Part shown: positions 10,237 through 20,005 of the stretch, one piece after another | How positions within the stretch are numbered: position 1 is the stretch's first letter | Layout: each line of letters begins with the position of its first letter | Assembly: GCA_963746845.1 (NCBI GenBank) | Contig: CAVVCZ010000012.1 | Location: 1-58,670, forward strand | DNA length: 58,670 bases | Reading direction: 5' to 3' | Origin: an uncultured Chloroflexia bacterium | GTDB lineage: Bacteria; Chloroflexota; Limnocylindria; Limnocylindrales; CSP1-4 | Position numbers and translations under genes: made by a program | Notes under the pieces: model-generated | Told to the model about the DNA's origin: nothing | What the model saw: the letters and a program-made list of their open reading frames with translations, nothing else | The model's database searches: none

Positions 10237-10389
10237 ATGAACGCCTCCACCACCGCCCTCGTCTTCGTCGGCCTCCTGTTGACGGCGATCGGGCTGTTCG
10301 TCGCCGGCAACGTCGTGTTGATCGCGCTCGGCGTCGTCAGCCTGTTCGGCGCCTCGTTCTTCCAGGCACTCGCGTCCCGGAGCCGCTAG
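10237..10389 (+). CDS. Small hydrophobic protein (50 aa)
   Basis: MNASTTALVFVGLLLTAIGLFVAGNVVLIALGVVSLFGASFFQALASRSR; SD AAGGA; GC-rich third codon positions; below the ORF-track cutoff. Confidence 0.6.
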   Translation: MNASTTALVFVGLLLTAIGLFVAGNVVLIALGVVSLFGASFFQALASRSR

Positions 10390-10391
10390 CC

Positions 10392-10535
10392 ATGCTGACC
10401 ACCCTCATCGCCGTCGTCGTCGTCGTGGCGATCCCGGTCGTGCTCGTGCTCGGCGCGCTGGCCCTGCTCGGGTCGCTCGTCGCCGCGCTCGCCGACGGGC
10501 TGCCGAACGGCCTCGTCCGCCCGAACCCTTCCTGA
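10392..10535 (+). CDS. Small hydrophobic protein (47 aa)
   Basis: MLTTLIAVVVVVAIPVVLVLGALALLGSLVAALADGLPNGLVRPNPS; starts 2 nt after the previous stop. Confidence 0.5.
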   Translation: MLTTLIAVVVVVAIPVVLVLGALALLGSLVAALADGLPNGLVRPNPS

Positions 10536-10574
10536 CCCGGGACCTCCCCGGGACGCCGGCGCGGGGCCCCGGGC

Positions 10575-12230
10575 TCAGCCCTCGCCGGGACCGGCCTCGT
10601 CGAGTCGCGGGGCGTCCTCGTTCACGCGGGGACCGGCCGCGCACACCGCATCGGGCACGCCGTCGGCATAGTCGACGAAGTTCTCGACGAACATCCGCGC
10701 CAGCGCCGCGGCCTGCCGGTCGTACGCCTCGCCGTCGGCCCACGTGGCGCGCGGCTGGAGGACGTCGCTCGGGACGTCCGGGCAGGCGAGCGGCACCTCG
10801 AAGCCGAACGTCGGGTCGGTGGCGGTCGGCACGTCGTCCAGCGCTCCGGACAGCGCCGCCCGGACCATCGAGCGGGTGTGGTTGATGTTCATCCGCTCGC
10901 CGGTCCCGTACGGACCGCCGGTCCAGCCCGTGTTCACGAGCCACGCCCGGACGCCGTGATGCTCGAGGCGCTCGGCGAGCATCGCCGCGTACTCGGCGGG
11001 ATGGCGGGGCATGAACGGGGCGCCGAAGCAGGCCGAGAACGTCGCCTGCGGCTCCTTGACGCCGACCTCGGTGCCGGCCAGCTTGGCGGTATAGCCGCTG
11101 ATGAAGTGGTACTGCGCCTGGTCCGAGGTGAGCCGGCTGATCGGCGGCAGGACACCGAAGGCGTCGGCCGTGAGCAGGACGACGTTCGTGGGTTGGCCGG
11201 CCATCCCGGTCGAGTCGGCGTTGCCGATGAAGTGGAGCGGATAGGCGGCCCGGGTGTTCTCGGTGAACCGCTCCGACGCCAGGTCCAGCTCGCGCGTGAC
11301 CGGGTCGAGGTCGACGTTCTCGAGGATGGTCCCGAACCGGCGGGTCGTCGCGAAGATGTCCGGCTCGTACATCGGGGAGAGGCGGATCGTCTTCGCGTAG
11401 CAGCCGCCCTCGAAGTTGAACACGCCGTCGACGCCCCAGCCGTGCTCGTCGTCGCCGACGAGGCTGCGCAGCGGATCGGCGGAGAGCGTCGTCTTGCCGG
11501 TGCCGCTGAGCCCGAAGAACACGACCGTATCGCCGGCGGCGCCGACGTTCGCGGCGGAGTGCATCGGCAGGACGCCCTCGTCGGGCATCAGGTAGTTCAT
11601 CACCGTGAACGCGGACTTCTTGATCTCGCCCGCGTACTCGGTGCCGACGATGAGGATCTCCATCCGGGCGAGGTTCAGGAGGATCGCGGTGCCGGTCCGT
11701 GTGCCCTCGGTCGCAGGGTCCGCCTGGAACGACGGGACGTCGATGATCGTGAAGTTCGGGACGAAGTCGGCGAGGTCCGCCGCGGACGGCCGCCGGAAGA
11801 GGTTGCGCGAGAAGATGCTCGCCCACGCGGTCTCCGTGTAGACCCGGAGGCTGCGCTGGTGCGCGGGATGGGCGCCGATGAAGCAATCCTGGGCGTACAC
11901 CGGACGATCGGCGAGGTAGGCCATCAGCCGCGCCCGGAGGCGGTCGTAGTGCTCGAGGGCGATCGGGCGGTTGACGTCGCCCCACCAGATCTTCCGCGCC
12001 GACGACGGCTCCTTGACGATGAACTTGTCCTTCGGCGAGCGGCCGGTGTGCTTGCCGGTGCGAACGACGAGGGGACCCTCGGCGGCGATGATGCCCTCGC
12101 CGGCCCGCACGGCGTCCTCGTACAGCTCGGCCATGGACAGATTGGCTCTGACGACCCGGCCGATGGACGCGTGCCCATCGGCCCGACGCGTGGCGTCGTT
12201 CGCGGCGGTGTGGGCGGAGGACTGGGTCAT
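10575..12230 (-). CDS. pckA: Phosphoenolpyruvate carboxykinase (ATP)
   Basis: TGRSPKDKF, GTEYAGEIKK, GLSGTGKTT, GDDEHGW, NFEGGCYAK, TENTRAAYP; SD GAGGAG before ATG 12230. Confidence 0.97.
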   Translation of the reverse strand: MTQSSAHTAANDATRRADGHASIGRVVRANLSMAELYEDAVRAGEGIIAAEGPLVVRTGKHTGRSPKDKFIVKEPSSARKIWWGDVNRPIALEHYDRLRARLMAYLADRPVYAQDCFIGAHPAHQRSLRVYTETAWASIFSRNLFRRPSAADLADFVPNFTIIDVPSFQADPATEGTRTGTAILLNLARMEILIVGTEYAGEIKKSAFTVMNYLMPDEGVLPMHSAANVGAAGDTVVFFGLSGTGKTTLSADPLRSLVGDDEHGWGVDGVFNFEGGCYAKTIRLSPMYEPDIFATTRRFGTILENVDLDPVTRELDLASERFTENTRAAYPLHFIGNADSTGMAGQPTNVVLLTADAFGVLPPISRLTSDQAQYHFISGYTAKLAGTEVGVKEPQATFSACFGAPFMPRHPAEYAAMLAERLEHHGVRAWLVNTGWTGGPYGTGERMNINHTRSMVRAALSGALDDVPTATDPTFGFEVPLACPDVPSDVLQPRATWADGEAYDRQAAALARMFVENFVDYADGVPDAVCAAGPRVNEDAPRLDEAGPGEG

Positions 12231-12333
12231 CGGCTCGGACTCCTCGGCGCGCAGGCGATCGCTCTCGATCGACCGGCCGCGCGTAGCTCGGGCTGACCCG
12301 AGGAAGTCGGCTTCCGCAGTCGCTGTTGGCCAG

Positions 12334-12368
12334 ATCGTACCGCAACTCAGCCGCAACCCGTCCGCAAC
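12334..12368 (-). promoter_or_regulatory. pckA promoter: TACGAT -10 preceded by three GTTGCGG direct repeats with 11-bp period
   Basis: + strand CCGCAAC at 12340, 12351 and 12362; ATCGTA at 12334-12339. Confidence 0.6.
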
Positions 12369-12536
12369 CCAAAAGTCCCAGCATCCAGTGTCCGACCAAC
12401 GGCTGTCGCGCCTGGACGACGCTGGACTGCGTTGGCCTCTGCGGTCCTCGCTCACGGGCCTTCAAGCCCGCTCGCTCCGGTCCTGCCGGCCGCCTTGCCA
12501 GCCTCGCCCCTGCGCGACGAACGCAGTCTTGTGCGC

Positions 12537-13757
12537 TCAGGCGCGGTCGAGCGCTTGGCGGAGGTCGGCGATCAGGTCATCCATGTGCTCGATACCGACC
12601 GACAGCCGGACGAGCGCGGGGTCGACCTCGAGATGGGAGCCCGCGACCGAAGCGTGGGTCATCGTCGCCGGAATCTCGACGAGGGACTCCACCCCGCCGA
12701 GCGACTCGGCGAGCGTGAAGAGGCGCGTCCCCTCGGCGATCGCGATCGCGCGGTCCGTGGCGGAGCGGGCCCCGCCGGCCGTCGACGCGCGGGGGATGAA
12801 CGAGACCATCCCGCCGCCGCCCCGCATCTGGCGACCGTCACCGACGAGGGCCGCGCCCGGATGTGCATGCCGACCATCCACCAGACCCGGGTAGAAGACC
12901 CGGTCGACGTCCTCGCGGGCGGCAAGGAACGCGGCCACGGCCGTCGCGTTCGCGACATGCCGCTCGACGCGTAGGTGGAGCGTGCGAAGCCCGCGCAGGA
13001 CGAGGAAGCAGTCGAGGGGCCCGGGCACGCCACCCATCGCGTTCTGGAGGAACCGCAGCCGTTCGGCGATCGCGTCGTCGCGCGTCACCGCGATGCCGAG
13101 GATCGTGTCCGAGTGCCCGCCGAGGTACTTCGTCGCGGAGTGGAACACGATGTCCGCGCCGAGCTCCAGGGGGTTCTGGAGGGCGGGCGAGGCGAACGTG
13201 TTGTCGACAACGAGCAGGGGCGGGGCCTCGTCGCTCTGGGCGGCCCGCTCGCGGATCGTCCGCGCGGCGGCGGCGATGTCCGTCAGCTTCAGGTTCGGGT
13301 TGGACGGGCTCTCGAACCAGACGAGCCGCGTCCGGCTGGTCAGCTGCTCCCAGAGCTGGTCCGGGTGGCCGGACAGGTCGACGAACCGGGCATCCGCTGC
13401 GCCGCCCGGTCGATGGACCTTCTCGAGGTAGCGGAACGTGCCGCCGTAGACGTCGTCGCCGACGACGATCTCCTCGGCGCTCGAGGCGAACTGGGCGATC
13501 GCCGCGGTCGCGGCCGAGCCGCTGGCGAAGGCGATCCCGTGGGTGCCGCGCTCGAGCGCGGCGACGGCCCGCTCCAGACGCTCACGCGTCGGGTTCGCGC
13601 TCCGGGCGTAGTCGTAGCCGCGCCGCGGGCGGTTGACGCCCTCCTGGGCGTACGTCGAGGTCTGGTAGATCGGGGGCGACACGGCGCCGGTGACCTCGTC
13701 GGGCTCGGCGCCGGCGTGAACGGCCAGCGTCTCGAAGGCGTCGTCGGTCGGTCTCAT
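12537..13757 (-). CDS. Cystathionine gamma-lyase/synthase family PLP enzyme
   Basis: PPIYQTSTY, YARSANPTR, DDVYGGT, ESPSNP, VDNTFASP, HSATKYLGGHSD, AESLGGVESL, RLSVGIE. Confidence 0.93.
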   Translation of the reverse strand: MRPTDDAFETLAVHAGAEPDEVTGAVSPPIYQTSTYAQEGVNRPRRGYDYARSANPTRERLERAVAALERGTHGIAFASGSAATAAIAQFASSAEEIVVGDDVYGGTFRYLEKVHRPGGAADARFVDLSGHPDQLWEQLTSRTRLVWFESPSNPNLKLTDIAAAARTIRERAAQSDEAPPLLVVDNTFASPALQNPLELGADIVFHSATKYLGGHSDTILGIAVTRDDAIAERLRFLQNAMGGVPGPLDCFLVLRGLRTLHLRVERHVANATAVAAFLAAREDVDRVFYPGLVDGRHAHPGAALVGDGRQMRGGGGMVSFIPRASTAGGARSATDRAIAIAEGTRLFTLAESLGGVESLVEIPATMTHASVAGSHLEVDPALVRLSVGIEHMDDLIADLRQALDRA

Positions 13758-13849
13758 CCGCGCAATGATGTCATCCGATCGACCGGCTCGGCCGTATCGA
13801 TTCATGCTAACGTGCGGGTGCACGTTTCAGTCACACCGGAGCTCCCGTC

Positions 13850-14944
13850 ATGGCGACCAATCCGACCGTCGCGCCGACCCCCACGTCGGCGGCCGCGACC
13901 GCCTCCCCGCCGCCCATCGGCCGTCTCGCGACGTGGCGCTATGTCCTGAACACCGCGAACCTGCCCGAGGGGATGACCCACCCCGACGCGATCAGCAAGT
14001 GGCTGGTCATCACGCGGGCCGCGGTCTTCTCGATGACCGCAACGTCCGGGCTGATCGGGGCGCTGCTCGCGGTCGGGGCGATGCGGCTCACCGGCGAGGT
14101 CACCGTCAACTGGCTGTACCTCGTGCTCGCGGTGGTCGGTCTCGTCGTCGCCCACGCGGCGAACAACATGATCAACGACTACTTCGACCTGGAGGGCGGG
14201 GTCGACACCGACGACTACGTCCGGGCGCTGTACGCGCCGCACCCGATCCTGTCCGGCTGGGTCACCAAGCGCCAGCTCGGGGCGGCGATCCTGATCGCGA
14301 ACTCGATCGACCTCGCGATCATGCTGTACCTCACGGCCGTGCGCGGCCCGCTCGTCATCGCGTTCGCCCTCGCGGGCCTGTTCATCTCGGTCTTCTACGT
14401 CGCCCCGCCGATCCGGCTCAAGCATCACGGGCTCGGCGAGCCGGGCGTGTTCATCGTCTGGGGCCCGCTGATGACGGTCGGGACGTTCTTCGTCGCCACG
14501 GGCTCGATCCCTGCCTGGACGTGGATCGCCTCCCTCCCCTACGCGATCCTCGTGACGACGGTGCTGTTCGGGAAGCACATCGACAAGATCGTCGCCGATA
14601 CGAAGAAGGGCGTCCGGACGCTGCCGGTGATCCTCGGGGAGCGGAGGGCGCGCGTCGTGGCCCAGGCGCTGATGATCTCGTTCTATCCGATCGTCATCGG
14701 GGCCGCGCTCATCGGCTGGATCGGGCCGTGGGTGGCCCTCGTGGTCCTCGGGATCCCGCGGCTGCTGTCCGTTCTGAAGACGTTCTCCGTGCCACGGCCG
14801 GAGACCCCGCCGCACAGCTACGTCGGCTGGCCGCTGTGGTTCGTCGGCGCGGCGTTCATCCACACCCGGCGGGCGGGCGGCCTGCTCGTCCTCGGCCTGC
14901 TCCTGAACGCGTTCCTGCCGATCCACCTGCCCTGGGTCGCCTGA
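13850..14944 (+). CDS. UbiA-family prenyltransferase, MenA-like
   Basis: NNMINDYFD..GGVD and DKIVADTKKGVRTL motifs, LKHHGLGE, multiple TM helices. Confidence 0.85.
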   Translation: MATNPTVAPTPTSAAATASPPPIGRLATWRYVLNTANLPEGMTHPDAISKWLVITRAAVFSMTATSGLIGALLAVGAMRLTGEVTVNWLYLVLAVVGLVVAHAANNMINDYFDLEGGVDTDDYVRALYAPHPILSGWVTKRQLGAAILIANSIDLAIMLYLTAVRGPLVIAFALAGLFISVFYVAPPIRLKHHGLGEPGVFIVWGPLMTVGTFFVATGSIPAWTWIASLPYAILVTTVLFGKHIDKIVADTKKGVRTLPVILGERRARVVAQALMISFYPIVIGAALIGWIGPWVALVVLGIPRLLSVLKTFSVPRPETPPHSYVGWPLWFVGAAFIHTRRAGGLLVLGLLLNAFLPIHLPWVA

Positions 14945-14981
14945 CGGGAACTTCTCCCGGCGGGCGTACCATCGCGGCGAG

Positions 14982-16091
14982 ATGGTGACGGCCGCCCGAT
15001 CCGTTCCGCCGCTCCACGGGGCCGACCAGGAGATCCGGTTCTGCCGGGCCGCCGACGGCACCCGGCTCGCCTACGCCATGCACGGCTCCGGGCCGCCGCT
15101 CGTCGTCGCTGCCTGCTGGCTGAGCCACCTCCAGCACGATTGGCGCAGCCCGGTCTGGCGGCACTTCCTCGACGAGCTCGGCACCATCGCGACCGTGGTC
15201 CGCTACGACGAGCGCGGCTTCGGGATGTCCGACTGGGACGTCGACGACTTCTCGCTGGCGGCGCGTCTGATGGACCTGGAGGCGGTCGTCGATGCGGCCG
15301 GGTTCGACCGGTTCGCCCTCCTCGGGATGTCGGGCGGATCGGGTCCCGCGCTTGCCTATGGGATCGCCCATCCGGACCGCCTCACCCGGATCGTCCTCTA
15401 CGGCACCGTCTGCGGCATCCCGGTGACCTGGGACGTGGACGGCCAGGCGGAGGAGGAAACCTACCGCTCGATGATCCGCGTCGGCTGGGCCAAGGAAGAT
15501 CCGGTCTTCCGGCGAGTGTTCACCACGCGCTTCATCCCGGACGCTTCCGAGGAGCAACTCCGCTGGTTCGACGAGCTCCAGCGCATGTCGACATCGCCGG
15601 AGAACGCCGTCGCGAGCCGGGTTGCGCGCCAGGAGGTCGACCTCGCCGAGGACCTCCACCGGATCACCGCCCCGACGCTGATCCTGCAGGCCACTGGCGA
15701 CCGCTCGACGTCCTTCGACAACGCGGTCGAGGTGTCGTCTCGCGTCCCGGGCGCACGACTCGTCGCGCTCGACAGTAACAACCACATCCTGCTCGAGGGC
15801 GAGCCGGCCTGGGCGACGTTCGTGGAGGAGGTGACGGCCTTCCTCGAACCGGACCGACGGGCGTGGTCGGCTGGCCGGGACCGGGTCGGCTCGATCGCGG
15901 AGCTCTCGCCGCGCGAGCGGGAGGTGCTCCGGGTCTGCGCCGAGGGCCGGACGAACGAGGAGATCGCGGACGCGCTGGGGCTCAGCCCACGGACGATCGA
16001 GCGGCACCTGTCGAACGTCTATTTGAAGCTCGGGCTGTCGGGTCCTGCGGCACGAGCCGGGGCGGTCGCGCGCTTCCTGCGCGAGGGCTGA
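14982..16091 (+). CDS. Alpha/beta-hydrolase-fold sensor fused to a LuxR HTH
   Basis: RYDERGFGMSD, LLGMSGG, NHIL; C-terminal LSPREREVL...GRTNEEIADALGLSPRTIERHLSNVYLKLG. Confidence 0.92.
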   Translation: MVTAARSVPPLHGADQEIRFCRAADGTRLAYAMHGSGPPLVVAACWLSHLQHDWRSPVWRHFLDELGTIATVVRYDERGFGMSDWDVDDFSLAARLMDLEAVVDAAGFDRFALLGMSGGSGPALAYGIAHPDRLTRIVLYGTVCGIPVTWDVDGQAEEETYRSMIRVGWAKEDPVFRRVFTTRFIPDASEEQLRWFDELQRMSTSPENAVASRVARQEVDLAEDLHRITAPTLILQATGDRSTSFDNAVEVSSRVPGARLVALDSNNHILLEGEPAWATFVEEVTAFLEPDRRAWSAGRDRVGSIAELSPREREVLRVCAEGRTNEEIADALGLSPRTIERHLSNVYLKLGLSGPAARAGAVARFLREG

Positions 16092-16230
16092 CGACGCGCC
16101 TTCTGCGTGTCGGCCGCCACGCCTGCGTCGTCGATGACGCCGGTTTGCGTGCCGTCGCGGTTCCCGGTGCGATCGCCCGTTCCTAGCCTGACCTCGACCC
16201 CATCCGGGGCGGCGAACGGAGGATCGGACG

Positions 16231-16725
16231 ATGATCACGACGACGATCGGCGAGACCGAGGCCCTGTTCCGGGCGGATCCGGCGAAGGCTCGATCGAAGC
16301 CGACGGTGACCGCGACGCTCGCAAACGGCCGTGCGCGGCTGTCCGCCGGGCCGTTCAACTGGGACGCCGACCTGCCCGCCGTCCTCGGCGGTGAGAACCT
16401 GGCCCCGAGCCCGACGGCGTATCTCCTCGGCGCCCTCGCGGGCTGTGCAGTCGCGTTCCTGCGCGACACCCTCGCGCCGCAGTTCGGCGTGGAGATCGAC
16501 GATGTGACGGCGGTCGCGAGTGCAGCCTCCGATCTGCGCGGGCTCCTCGCGATCGACGGGGCCGCCCCCGACCTGTCGGACCTCGCGCTCGACATCAAGG
16601 TGGCGACAAGCTCGCCGCAGGATCGAGTCGACGCGATGTTCGCGGCGTGGCGCGATCGGTGTCCGATCTATCTCGCGTTGCTCAAGCCGGCGTCGATCGA
16701 GCTGTCGATGACGGCCGCGGCCTGA
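16231..16725 (+). CDS. OsmC/Ohr-family protein
   Basis: LGGENLAPSP..YLLGALAGC and RCPI, the two conserved Cys; SD GGAGG. Confidence 0.85.
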   Translation: MITTTIGETEALFRADPAKARSKPTVTATLANGRARLSAGPFNWDADLPAVLGGENLAPSPTAYLLGALAGCAVAFLRDTLAPQFGVEIDDVTAVASAASDLRGLLAIDGAAPDLSDLALDIKVATSSPQDRVDAMFAAWRDRCPIYLALLKPASIELSMTAAA

Positions 16726-16744
16726 GGCGCGACCGCGCCCGCGA

Positions 16745-18164
16745 CTACCCGCCCGGGCCTCGGTGCGAGAGGTACTCGAGCAGATCGAGCTTCGTCACGA
16801 CGCCCGCCGGCTGCTCGCCGCGAACCGCGACGACGGCCGGCGCGCCGCGGCTCAGCAACCCGAACGCCTCGTCGAGCGTGGCCGACGCGTCCACGAGGGG
16901 GAGCGGGGCGTCCATGACCTCGCCGACCGTCCGCTCGACGATCGTCGGGTCGCGGAATGCCCGGTCCAGCAGGCCCTTCTCGTTGATCGACCCGACGATC
17001 CCGGCGACCGCATCGCCCTCGGCATCCTCCGAGACGGGCATCTGGGAGATCCCGTACTCCTGCAGCCGCTCGATCGCCGTGCCGACCCGCTCGGTCGTCC
17101 GCGCCACAACGACCGCCGGCCGGTCGACCTCGTGATCCCGGCGGGCGAGGAGGTCGGCGACACGGGCCACGGCGCCGGTGGTGGCGAGCAGCCCGTTCAC
17201 CCGCATCCATTCGTCGTTGTAGAGCTTCGAGAGGTAGTTCCGGCCGCTGTCCGGGAGCAGGACGACGATCACCTTGCCCGCGCCATCGCCGGCCTCGGTC
17301 AGCTCCTGGGCGACGGTCAGGGTGGCGACGAGGGCCGTCCCGCACGACCCGCCGGCGAGGATCCCCTCTTCCCGGGTGAGGCGACGGGCGGCCGCGAAGG
17401 CATCGCGGTCGCTGACGCGGACCCACCGGTCGATGACCGCTGGGTCGTACGTGCCCGGGAGGAAGTCCTCGCCGACGCCCTCGGTCAGGTACGGCCGGGC
17501 CGCGTCGCCGCTGAGCACGGAGCCCTCGGGATCCGCCCCGACGATCACGACGTCCGGGTTGCGCCCGCGCAGGTAGTGACCCGCTCCCGAGATCGTCCCG
17601 CCGGTCCCGACGCTTGCGACAAAGTGGGTGACGTTGCCTTCGGTCTGCTCCCAGATCTCGGGACCCGTGGTCTGCTCGTGGGAGCGTCGGGTTCTCCTGG
17701 TTCCAGTACTGGTCCGGCTTGAACGCGCCCGGGATGTCGCGCGCGAGCCGCGCCGCGACCGAGTAGTACGACTCGGGCGACTCCGGATCGACGTTCGTCG
17801 GGCACAGGACGACCTCCGCCCCGTACGCGCGGAGGAGCGCCTGCTTCTCGGTCGACTGCTTGTCCGCCATCACGAAGATGCAGCGATAGCCCTTGAGCGC
17901 GGCGGCGATCGCCAGACCGTGGCCGGTGTTCCCGGATGTCGGCTCGATGATCGTGCCGCCGGGCTTCAGCAATCCCGTGCGCTCGGCGGCCTCGATCATC
18001 GGCAACCCGATCCGGTCCTTGACGGAGCCGCCCGGGTTGAGCATCTCGAGCTTCGCGAGGACGAGCGGCTGGCGATCGATCGGGCCGAGGTCGCGCGTCA
18101 CCCGGCTCAGCCGGACGAGCGGCGTGTTCCCGACGAGATCGAGGATCGTCTCCGCGTACTGCAT
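16745..18164 (-). CDS. Cystathionine beta-synthase with C-terminal CBS domains; single +1 frameshift near 17687 (assembly error or pseudogene)
   Basis: MQYAETILDLVGNTPLV, NPGGSVKDRI, EPTSGNTG. After removing one base the frame continues RSHEQTTGPEIW...GTGGTISG...EGVGEDF...LPDSGRNYLSK and a CBS pair. Confidence 0.88.
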
Positions 18165-18202
18165 GCGACCGAGGATAGCGGTCGGCGTCCCGGCGAGGCC
18201 TC

Positions 18203-19939
18203 TCAGGCCGCTCCGCCCGGGTCCGCGTCGAGGCGCTGCGCCACCAGGTCGTCGGCGACGGTGTGGGACCCGACGTGGCCTGTGACCGCTCGCAGGAACG
18301 CGTCCCGTTCGAGGGCCATGAGCGACGTCGGCTCGAGTGCCCAGACGGACGCCGTCCGGGGCACCTGCCGCAGCAGCGCGATCTCGCCGAACCCTTCGCC
18401 GGGCCCAAGCGTCCGGACGGCGCGGTCGTCGATCGTGACCTCGCACGACCCCTCGTCGATGATGTAGAAGCGGTCCCCGACCTGGCCCTGGCGGATGATC
18501 GCGGCCCGCGCGGGCACGGCAACGGCCTGCAGCTGGGCGGACAGCCACTCGATCGTCGGTGGAGGCAGCGGGGCGAAGATCGGCAGCGCCCGCAGCCGAT
18601 CGAGCTCCCGGACGTGGATCACGGCGTGCTCGTCGGCGGCGACGACATACCGCCACGTCAGGAGCACGACCACCGGCAGCCACAGCCCGGCGAGGACGAT
18701 CGCCGATTGCGCCCCGAACAGCGCGATGAGGATCGGCACGGCGATCGTCCCCGCGGCCAGCATCAGGTCGTGGAGCCCCTCGAGGGAGCCGAGGACCCCG
18801 GCAAGCACGCCGGGCGGGGCGACCCGCTGGAGGAGCGTCCGGCCCGCGACGTCCATCAGGCTGCGGCCCACCCCGGCGACCACGAACAGCAGCAGCGCGA
18901 GGACCGGGAGCGGGAGCAACCCGACGATCGCGAGCGGAGCGCCCCACAGGATCAGGCCCAGCGCGAACGGACCCGCGAGCCGGCGCCGACCCACGAGCGC
19001 GGTCGCGATCGCGGCGCCGATCAGGCCCCCGAGCCCGACCGCCGACCCGAGGATCCCGACCCCCGCCTCCCCGGTCTCGAGGAGCTCGAGCGCGAGGACG
19101 ACACCGATGATGTCCAGCGCACCTTCGATGAGGCTCCCGGCCCCGATGAGGATCACGATCGTGCGCGAGCCGACATGACGCCGGAGGAGTCGGAGGCCGT
19201 CCACGAGACCCACGACCTCGTCCTCGTCATGGGCAGCCAGGCGGGCCACGAGGCGGGCGCCGTCGGCGTCGACCTCACCCTCGATCGGGGCGGGCGGCCG
19301 CGGCGCGACCCGCGCCATCGGCTCCGTGCGGATCGTCGCGACGAGCAGCGCCTCGCCCGCCGAGATGATCGCGGTCAACGCGAAGACGGCCTGGGCTCCG
19401 GCCGCGGCGAGGATCAGCCCGGCCATCGCCGGTGCCACGAGGATCGCGAGGTTCTGGACCGTGGACGACGCGACGTTGGCCGCGGTGAGCTCGTCGGGCG
19501 TCCGGGCGAGCGACGGCAGCAGCGCGAAATGGGCCGGGCGGGTCATCCCGATCCCGATCGTCGTCGCCGAGGCGAGGACGTACACGACGATGGGCTCGGC
19601 GCCTGTGGCGAGGGCGAACGCCGTCGCCGTCATGCCGGTCGCCTGGACGACATAGGACGCGAGGAGCAGCCGCTCCCGCGGCAGTCGATCGCCGTAGCCC
19701 GAGATGACCGGCGCGAGGATCGCCGAGGGGAGCAGCTGGACGACCGCGACGATCCCGGCCGCCGTGGCGCCGCCCCGCTCGAACGCGTACACGAGCATCG
19801 CGATCCAGATCGCCCACTCGCTGAGCGTGAACGCGCCGAACGCGACGACCGCCCGCGCGATCATCCGGTTCGTGGTCGCGGCGCGCAGGGTGGCGACGGT
19901 CCGGCCGAAGCGTCCGGGCGTGCCGTCGGCGTCGACCAT
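18203..19939 (-). CDS. MFS transporter fused to a C-terminal cyclic-nucleotide-binding domain
   Basis: About 12 TM helices with GDRLPRER; then IIRQGQVGDRFYII...GEGFGEIALL..VPRTASV. Confidence 0.9.
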   Translation of the reverse strand: MVDADGTPGRFGRTVATLRAATTNRMIARAVVAFGAFTLSEWAIWIAMLVYAFERGGATAAGIVAVVQLLPSAILAPVISGYGDRLPRERLLLASYVVQATGMTATAFALATGAEPIVVYVLASATTIGIGMTRPAHFALLPSLARTPDELTAANVASSTVQNLAILVAPAMAGLILAAAGAQAVFALTAIISAGEALLVATIRTEPMARVAPRPPAPIEGEVDADGARLVARLAAHDEDEVVGLVDGLRLLRRHVGSRTIVILIGAGSLIEGALDIIGVVLALELLETGEAGVGILGSAVGLGGLIGAAIATALVGRRRLAGPFALGLILWGAPLAIVGLLPLPVLALLLFVVAGVGRSLMDVAGRTLLQRVAPPGVLAGVLGSLEGLHDLMLAAGTIAVPILIALFGAQSAIVLAGLWLPVVVLLTWRYVVAADEHAVIHVRELDRLRALPIFAPLPPPTIEWLSAQLQAVAVPARAAIIRQGQVGDRFYIIDEGSCEVTIDDRAVRTLGPGEGFGEIALLRQVPRTASVWALEPTSLMALERDAFLRAVTGHVGSHTVADDLVAQRLDADPGGAA

Positions 19940-20005
19940 CGGCCGAGCATGGCACACGGGGAGCGGGCGTCGCGTCGCCCCGCCGACAGGTGACTGGTCG
20001 GTTGG

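Noticed and set aside
13758-13850. SAM riboswitch or T-box upstream of the transsulfuration genes
   Set aside because: Intergenic space is too short, consensus elements are missing, and the starts look leaderless.
17670-17700. Programmed ribosomal frameshift in CBS
   Set aside because: There is no slippery sequence, and similar breaks in unrelated genes point to indel errors.
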